A DNA stretch of 50,040 bases, counting the filler, from Catajapyx aquilonaris (taxonomy: Eukaryota), in assembly GCA_000934665.2 (NCBI GenBank). It is 2 parts of 2 records of this genome, joined end to end, with 100 filler letters (N's around TTAATTAATTAA, not from the genome) between each part and the next. Parts side by side here need not be neighbours in the genome. Positions count along the whole stretch, not along the records: positions 25,017 to 50,040 come from JYFJ02005442.1; 1 more part is not named here. One strand, written 5' to 3'. Of this stretch, positions 45,793 through 50,040 are shown piece by piece. Numbering within the stretch: the stretch's first letter is position 1; the number at the start of each line of letters is the position of its first letter. Made by a program: the position numbers and the translations under genes. The notes under the pieces are model-generated. The model had not been told where the DNA came from and did not search any database. It worked only from the letters and a program-made list of their open reading frames with translations.

Positions 45793-47777
45793 CATCATCA
45801 TCATCATCATCATCACCATCCTTCGTCCCATGCACAGTGACAGGTTTTGGTCTGGTGGTGCCAACAACTCAGCAATGAGATGGTCCGGACTCGATCGTGG
45901 GACGGGCAGCTCCTCTGGGTGTCGTCCCAATGGTCGAGTCTTGACCCTATGACGGCTTGGCTTCGATTCGGAAGTGAACTGGTGGTCCGCCCCTGACGGA
46001 CCATGATGAAAAGGACTTATGATATAGGCCCTATGTGGGGCCCGGGGTTTAAGGACCTACATGGTCTGGAATAACCCCGTTAATATCTGACTAAGGTCCT
46101 CCTGCCTTGCCCGTCCTTTGTTGGTGGACGTCACCTGGGACACCGCCGAAGTCAACAACCCAGCATAGCCTGTCCTGTCGGCCCCTTTTATTATCTGCGA
46201 GTACCTGACCAGGCTTCAGATTTTTTTTTGTAGGCTATATGTATTTGGTCATAAGAGGATATTGAGGACCTCCTCCTCAATATCCGCTGGCAACCCCATA
46301 TCTGTTTGGGAAATGCCATGAAGATAAAGAAGAAGATCATCGTCATCATCATCATCATTATTCATGCATCGTCATCGCATGGAATGCTGCATCAATATCA
46401 TCAATATCATCATCATCATCATCATCATTATTCATGCATCGTCGTCGCATGGAATACTGCATCGATAAAAGAATGACCTGACAACTGACACATTTACAGC
46501 GCGGCCAATGCACATCACAGATAATTGTGTGAAATCGTAATGATACACAAATTTCGAGTCTGAAAAATGCCCATGACCTTGCGCTTATTAGCCGACGAAG
46601 CCCAAATAATCTGTCTCTCTTTCCCATTTAACCATCCGGACACATATGACTCCCCCCTCTCATCTGGCCTCCCTCCTTCGCATGCTCTCCCCATCCCCAG
46701 CCCCACCCTCCCACCCTCGGCTCCCGATGCGCCTCTAAGTGGCAGGGATCATCACCATTACGTCAGTTTCTCGCAGCTGCCGATGGGCGGCGCTATATAC
46801 TAATTACCTCTGGACAATACATTTGGCGGCCATAGTACATAGAGTAAATGCATTCTATACCAAGACAAGAAGTAAGAAATTTATGTTCAGATGTAATTTT
46901 TCTCATGATTTGGATTCAGGCCAGTCCCACCAAACAAGGCTGAATTCATATTTTCCTATTTTGTGTGGCTCCCCTAAAGGCTCCATAAAAAATCCAGTGC
47001 ACCCCATCTTGACCATTTACAAGTGCACCCACAAATAATATTGCGATAATTAATCCAGGACCTGGATCCATTCCTGTTCTGGCTGCTATTTACTTGATTC
47101 TAGCAAGAGCCTTCCAATTAACTTTCTAAGGATATGCATCAACACATCTCTATACAGTATCACCTGTCAGTTACCCTGTGAGATACGCACCCATACTCTC
47201 CCAATGGATTGTTTCAGAAACGTTCTTCTTCACCTCATCAACTGCAATGGCCTTTTCGAAAGCTAATTTCTTGACTATCTTGCTGCATTCTAGGTATTTG
47301 GCCTTTGCATCCTTGTCACTGGGCCTGGCTTTGGTCACCTGCAATTGGAAATGAGCATAAAACGCCACTTATTGACATGGTATGCATCACCTTACTGTTT
47401 CTAGGTCCTTGAGAGCCAGCTTAAACTTCCCTAGGGCCATGTTGGCTCCTGCTCGTCTATAAAAGCCCTTCACGTAGAACGGGTCTAGCTGGATAGCAGT
47501 GGTGGCATCACTCAATGCGTACCCAAAGCTTTCTTGTCGCAAGTAAGCAAAACTGCGATTACCATAGTAAGTAGCCACAGTGGGATTTAGGGCAATTGCA
47601 GAGGTGTATAACTCCACAGCACCTTCATAGTCTCGTTCTGCAAGTGTAAACATCAATCGAACACTTGATAACCAGGGTAGAAGACTCCCGAACAAGTTTA
47701 CCTTTAAATCGCAGGTTAGCTTGCTCCTTCAGTTGTTCGGCAACAACCACGTTACGCTCATCGAGTTTTCCTTCCAT
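28329..47777 (-). CDS. PPP5C: Serine/threonine-protein phosphatase 5 (TPR + PPP catalytic domain), spliced CDS, 9 exons found, 3' end incomplete
   Basis: Exons 47777-47702, 47637-47396, 47338-47191, 43956-43835, 43761-43597, 43518-43413, 43323-43181, 38452-38145, 28410-28329, all phase-consistent. TPR motifs ([47 protein letters not shown]) and PPP signatures GDIHGQ, GDFVDRG, RGNHE, HGG, LLWSDP, RSHE, SAPNYC. Confidence 0.96.
28473..28587. repeat. Minisatellite (GAATATG / GAATATATT units)
   Basis: Direct tandem array just upstream of the PP5 exon 9 acceptor. Confidence 0.9.
28864..29245 (+). mobile_element. tRNA-derived SINE (family B)
   Basis: B-box ggttcgatccc, (ATT)n tail, exact 14-bp TSD tacatcaggatgag (28850-28863, 29246-29259). 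Confidence 0.9.
30161..30428 (-). mobile_element. tRNA-derived SINE (family A)
   Basis: Reverse-strand copy of the 23202 element; exact 15-bp TSD tgttaatgacattat (30146-30160, 30429-30443). Confidence 0.88.
30653..31217. mobile_element. Tc1/pogo-like MITE; truncated relative at ~49154-49280
   Basis: Imperfect TIR ccatattaccactcatattgcggcatgccgg / ccagcttgctgcaatatgagaggtaacacgg|TA; the right arm matches 49154-49280 in inverted orientation. Confidence 0.7.
31235..32084. mobile_element. pogo/Tigger-like MITE containing a nested mariner MITE
   Basis: TA|CACTGCACTCCCGATTAT ... ATAATCGGGAGTACAGTG|TA with subterminal gattatccg repeats. Confidence 0.8.
31527..31949. mobile_element. Palindromic Tc1/mariner MITE (nested)
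   Basis: TA|CAGGGTGATTCC ... GGAACCAACCTG|TA; ~180-bp arms; a related element begins at ~49948. Confidence 0.88.
32119..33190 (+). mobile_element. Non-autonomous Helitron inserted in an (ATT)n tract
   Basis: 5' A|TCTCTATATCTATAAA followed by GTTT/GTGA-type microrepeats; 3' hairpin cccgggcaatgccggg then taacctgctta (degenerate CTAG); no TIR or TSD; (ATT)n on both sides. Confidence 0.72.
32389..32670 (-). mobile_element. tRNA-derived SINE (family B-related), nested in the Helitron
   Basis: The reverse complement shares B-box ggttcgatccc, ccttcatcccgtgcagag and cacttgcaccttgcacatcccctcc with the 28864 and 39923 copies. Confidence 0.8.
33592..35178. mobile_element. hAT-like MITE containing a piggyBac MITE
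   Basis: TIR CAGGGTGACCAGCAGT / ACTGCTGGTCACCCTG; subterminal ttccctg repeats; only 5 bp (ttgga) duplicated in the flanks. Confidence 0.72.
33703..34517. mobile_element. piggyBac MITE
   Basis: TTAA|CCCTAATAAGACGGG ... CCCGTCTTATTAGGG|TTAA: 15-bp perfect TIR beginning CCC, with TTAA TSD. Confidence 0.92.
35342..35777. mobile_element. Unclassified palindromic element (~180-bp arms)
   Basis: taattggat...cataggaccgtaccatattgatttac / gtaaatcaatatggtacggtcctatg...atccaatta. Confidence 0.78.
36044..36130. repeat. (AAT)n microsatellite
   Basis: Roughly 28 AAT units with one interruption. Confidence 0.9.
36330..36772. mobile_element. Tc1/mariner MITE
   Basis: TA|CAGGGTGACGGGAAACTCGCGCCCAATC ... 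GATTGGGCGCGAGTTTCCTTTCACCCTG|TA; ~95-bp arms. Confidence 0.88.
37248..37577. mobile_element. Tigger/pogo MITE resembling Tigger4 (Zombi/MER46)
   Basis: TA|gAGGTTGAGAATCCTTTTCCGAAATGCTTGGGACCGGAGGTGTTTTGGATTTT...gggatgggacctaagcctaa...ggaattttccatatgtggcg..catgtcagcactcaaa..tttcagattttggag. The similarity is judged from memory of the mammalian consensus. Confidence 0.7.
38145..38452 (-). CDS. PPP5C: PP5 exon 8
   Basis: ttgtag| [14 protein letters not shown]...[21 protein letters not shown]...IRSHEVK...[11 protein letters not shown]|gtaaga. Confidence 0.96.
38761..39040 (+). mobile_element. tRNA-derived SINE with a Deu/Nin-like central domain (family D)
   Basis: A-box tggtgatctggtgg, B-box ggttcgaaccc, then ccttcggaggggaagtaaagcc...cacgttaaagatccc; end boundary approximate. 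Confidence 0.72.
39923..40260 (+). mobile_element. tRNA-derived SINE (family B)
   Basis: Colinear with the 28864 copy; TSD attattgacaggc(a/t)cac. Confidence 0.88.
40460..40560. mobile_element. PIF/Harbinger-like MITE end; an opposite-facing end lies at ~43110-43130
   Basis: tta-gggggccgttcataaatca versus tgatttatggacggcccc-tta. I cannot tell whether these are one interrupted element or two separate remnants. Confidence 0.55.
40807..40932. mobile_element. Tiny piggyBac-like palindromic element
   Basis: cctcctgagacctgatgtccaatatattggacatcagcaaaaaaaa mirrored exactly at the other end; flanks ATAA / ATAC (degenerate TTAA?). Confidence 0.6.
41221..41505 (+). mobile_element. tRNA-derived SINE (family A)
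   Basis: Family A head and core; TSD attaagagtaatggagaaag (41201-41220, 41506-41525). Confidence 0.9.
42397..42799 (-). mobile_element. tRNA-derived SINE (family A, longer 3' region)
   Basis: Family A head and core on the minus strand, with extra sequence between core and tail; ends cggggtataacaaacaac. Confidence 0.85.
43181..43323 (-). CDS. PPP5C: PP5 exon 7
   Basis: ttttcag| [48 protein letters not shown] |gtaaac. Confidence 0.95.
43413..43518 (-). CDS. PPP5C: PP5 exon 6
   Basis: [36 protein letters not shown]|gtaagt. Confidence 0.95.
43519..43596 (-). other. U12-type (minor spliceosome) GT-AG intron, 78 nt
   Basis: 5' splice site GTATCCTTT; branch site taCCTTAAC (43538-43532) ending 13 nt before the 3' end; no polypyrimidine tract; flanking exons join in frame (NPY|LFNGD). 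Confidence 0.9.
43597..43761 (-). CDS. PPP5C: PP5 exon 5
   Basis: MLIDVKEFF...[12 protein letters not shown]...[10 protein letters not shown] |gtatccttt (U12-type donor). Confidence 0.95.
43835..43956 (-). CDS. PPP5C: PP5 exon 4
   Basis: ctgcag| [40 protein letters not shown] |gttggg. Confidence 0.92.
44190..45285. mobile_element. Complex foldback element
   Basis: Local palindrome 44190-44324 plus a long inverted repeat between ~44236-44391 and ~45134-45283. Confidence 0.7.
45400..45740 (-). mobile_element. tRNA-derived SINE (family A) inside an (ATT)n/(ATC)n tract
   Basis: Family A head and core on the minus strand, microsatellite on both sides. Confidence 0.88.
46338..46463. repeat. Tandem duplication with (ATC)n runs
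   Basis: atcatcatcattattcatgcatcgtc(a/g)tcgcatggaat(g/a)ctgcatc occurs twice. Confidence 0.8.
47191..47338 (-). CDS. PPP5C: PP5 exon 3
   Basis: ttgcag| [34 protein letters not shown]...WESM G|gtgcgt. Confidence 0.93.
47396..47637 (-). CDS. PPP5C: PP5 exon 2 (TPR repeats)
   Basis: ttgcag| [33 protein letters not shown]...LKDLET |gtaagg. Confidence 0.95.
47702..47777 (-). CDS. PPP5C: PP5 exon 1
   Basis: GCC ATG G start context; [25 protein letters not shown]; donor G|gtaaac. Confidence 0.88.
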
Positions 47778-48182
47778 GGCTACTTGAGACACAGGGGCCG
47801 TTGGCTCCTCAGGCCCTGAACCGACAACAGAACACAACGGCTCAGGTCGTGTCTGTAGCACCCGTGGCCACGGCCTGCACACTTGCCTGTACCAACATGG
47901 CCGCCCAAAAACAACAGCCAAACGGAAGGAGTGGAAGACTGATTATAATATCAACTCTATATGAAAGCGCCCTGTCCCCACGAGGCACCACTGCACATGT
48001 CACCGACCGTCACCGGCGCACACAAAAAAAGTGAAGTTACTCCATGTCCATGGTGGCCTCGACCGTGGCCTCAATTGCTTTCCGCCAGAAGCGGCCTTCT
48101 CTTTTACTGCCGAGTGCGTGGTCGAGCGGTTGGAGTTGGTGGACACATTGTTTTGATCACGGGTTTGATTCTGTAAATAGTA

Positions 48183-48508
48183 CAGTAGAACCCCGATTAT
48201 CCGTCACCCATGGGACTGGGGCATGGTCGGATAACAGAAAAGGACGGATAATCAGAGGAGCAAAGAAAACCTGGAAATACAACAAAAATCAAAATCATGA
48301 AATAATGTAGGCCTACAATATTACAGTTTTTTAAGAAATAGTGAGGTATTTTTCTTTTATGTATGCACTCTGCTGTTTAAAATTTAACTAAGGCAATACA
48401 AAACAAGAAATGCTTAGTAGGCCTACATTAAAATATTTGATGAGAAAACAGACTTATTGCTGATGTTAGACAGTCGGATAATCCAAGGTCAGATAATTAG
48501 GGTTCTAC
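48183..48508. mobile_element. pogo/Tigger-like MITE
   Basis: TA|CAGTAGAACCCCGATTATCCG ... gataattagggttctac; subterminal cggataa repeats. Confidence 0.72.
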
Positions 48509-49280
48509 AAAGAACTCTTGGTTCTACTATGTAAGCTCTGTAACAAGTTGAAGAGTTTAAGGCAGCGGAATGCAGCATTTCAGTGCAGCTTGCTTTCAGG
48601 CAAAGTGTGAGAGAATCTCGAAACAATGAGATTTTTGAGAATGAGTAGGCTACCATAGATCTCCATGCTCTAAGGTCTATGTAGGCTACTTGACAGTCTG
48701 AAAGAGTGGAAGTTAACACAAGTTTCAAGTCCTGTCGGAGCTGTGGTCAGAGTTGCGACTTTTGCCAGAAGTACAGCATTTGTGTCGTCGAAGGCTTAAC
48801 CAAGACACACTTGAACACCGGTTTGGCATAATTCGTGGGAATATAGGGACTCCACATGCTGGCTGAGCCAGGGCGACTTGGGAGTGACAAGGAGGACAAG
48901 GCAAGAGTATAGGTAAAGACCCTGAAAAAATGAGTGTTGTAGATAACCTCTTCACAGGACAAAGCCATGCTGATTGTGTGTCATATATGTTCATATACAG
49001 TACAGTATAAGTGAGGGCGGATGAAAATGTACATATATTTGCCTGTACTTTTTGCTGCAGTAACACAATGAAATTACTTCCTTTCATGATAAAAATAAAT
49101 ATTATGACATTACTGTAACAGTTCATAACCAGCATATAATACTACCCATATTACTGTATTACCTCACTTAAAGCTGCACGCCGGTATAAAAGGAGGTCGA
49201 CCAGCATGTCGGTATAACCTGGGGGTGTCCGGCATGCCGCAATACCTGAGGTACATTTCCCTAATTTTGATCCTTGCCAA

Positions 49281-49927
49281 GGGTGGGGCAAAAGTCATGG
49301 GCGGATAAAAACAACGCCGCATGGCATAAGTAACGAACGTTTATTTTTTTTTTAAATTACACTACACAGAGAAAGATATGCCATTTATGGATCAAGGTCC
49401 AAAAAAGTCACTTCTTGAAAACAACACCAGATAGATGTCCACCTTTGCGGGCAACACATTCCTCCAAGCGCCAGACAAAACCCTTCGTAACACGCTCCAG
49501 CATGTCCAGGGGAATGTTTCTCACGGCATGTCTTATCTGATCCTTAAGATCAGCCAATGACTGAGGACGTGTGGTGAACACCAAACTCTTCAGGTACCCC
49601 CACAAGAAGTCGGGGGTGGTCAAATCCGGCGGCCGCGGCGGCCATGGAATGTCCCCAAATCTCGAAATGACCCGCCCGGGAAACACTTGACTTTTAATTT
49701 GTTTGGTGTTCACCCCTCGCACTCAGTCATTGGCTGATCTTAAGAATCAGATAAGACACGACGTGAGAAACATTCCCCCGGACATGCTGGAGCGCGTTAT
49801 GAAGGGTTTCGACCAGCACTTGGAGGAATGTGCAAAGATTGCATCTTTTTGGACCTTGATCCATAAATGGCATATCTTTCTCTGTGTAGTGTAATTTTTA
49901 TCCGCCCATGACTTTTGCCCCACCCTG
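49281..49927. mobile_element. Tc1/mariner foldback with inverted transposase 3' ends (same family as 26180)
   Basis: gggtggggcaaaagtcatgggcggataaaa ... tttttatccgcccatgacttttgccccaccctg|TA. ORF 49408..49722(-) FPGRVISRFGDIPWPPRPPDLTTPDFLWGYLKSLVF... matches the WPxxSPDL/DFFLWGYLK C-terminal motif of Tc1/mariner-superfamily transposases. Confidence 0.9.
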
Positions 49928-49947
49928 TATATACAGTATATATTATA

Positions 49948-50040
49948 CAGGGTGTTTATTGTAACTCTGCAAAGACTTTCAGGGGCAATAGAGGGGACCA
50001 ATACAAGTATTTTTGACATAGGAACCCGTGTCCGGAAACG
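49948..50040. mobile_element. Left end of a Tc1/mariner MITE, cut by the window edge
   Basis: TA|CAGGGTG...caagtatttttga...acccgtgtccggaaa resembles the arm of the 31527 element. Confidence 0.7.

Noticed and set aside
45382..45930. Poly-Tyr/His/Leu/Ile ORFs (also 30559..30786 and 35954..36355)
   Set aside because: Translations of (ATT)n/(ATC)n/(GTT)n microsatellites and SINE sequence.
49408..49722. Functional transposase gene
   Set aside because: Only a ~100-aa C-terminal fragment with no ATG start, no DNA-binding domain and no first two catalytic aspartates; the sister copy is frameshifted.

Overview
Eukaryotic genomic DNA, most likely a non-dipteran insect (inferred from the gene set, SINE types and a retained U12 intron). 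Three spliced protein-coding genes are supported exon by exon. (1) A KANK (KN motif + ankyrin repeat) gene on the minus strand, CDS 14013->1481, 10 coding exons, with a probable 5' UTR exon near 18.6 kb. (2) A two-exon von Hippel-Lindau (VHL) homologue on the plus strand, 19199-19881, apparently head-to-head with KANK. (3) A TPR-containing Ser/Thr protein phosphatase 5 (PP5/PPP5C) gene on the minus strand, 47777->28329, with 9 exons found; the usual last exon was not found and may lie in the gap at ~24.9-25.0 kb. One 78-nt PP5 intron has clear U12 (minor spliceosome) signals. Introns and intergenic DNA are dense with non-autonomous transposons: Tc1/mariner, pogo/Tigger, hAT, piggyBac and PIF/Harbinger-like MITEs (many almost fully palindromic), a Helitron, and at least four tRNA-derived SINE families, several with (ATT)n tails and target-site duplications (TSDs). 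Most notable: a MITE resembling, from memory, mammalian Tigger4/MER46; an RTE/BovB-type 5' UTR motif captured inside a foldback element; mariner foldbacks built from two inverted transposase 3' ends; a three-deep nested insertion; and a covarying 3' stem-loop shared by two SINE families. I found no CRISPR array, rRNA or true tRNA gene, and nothing I can defend as a wholly new biological system. Transposon family names come from terminal motifs and TSDs only, not from database searches.
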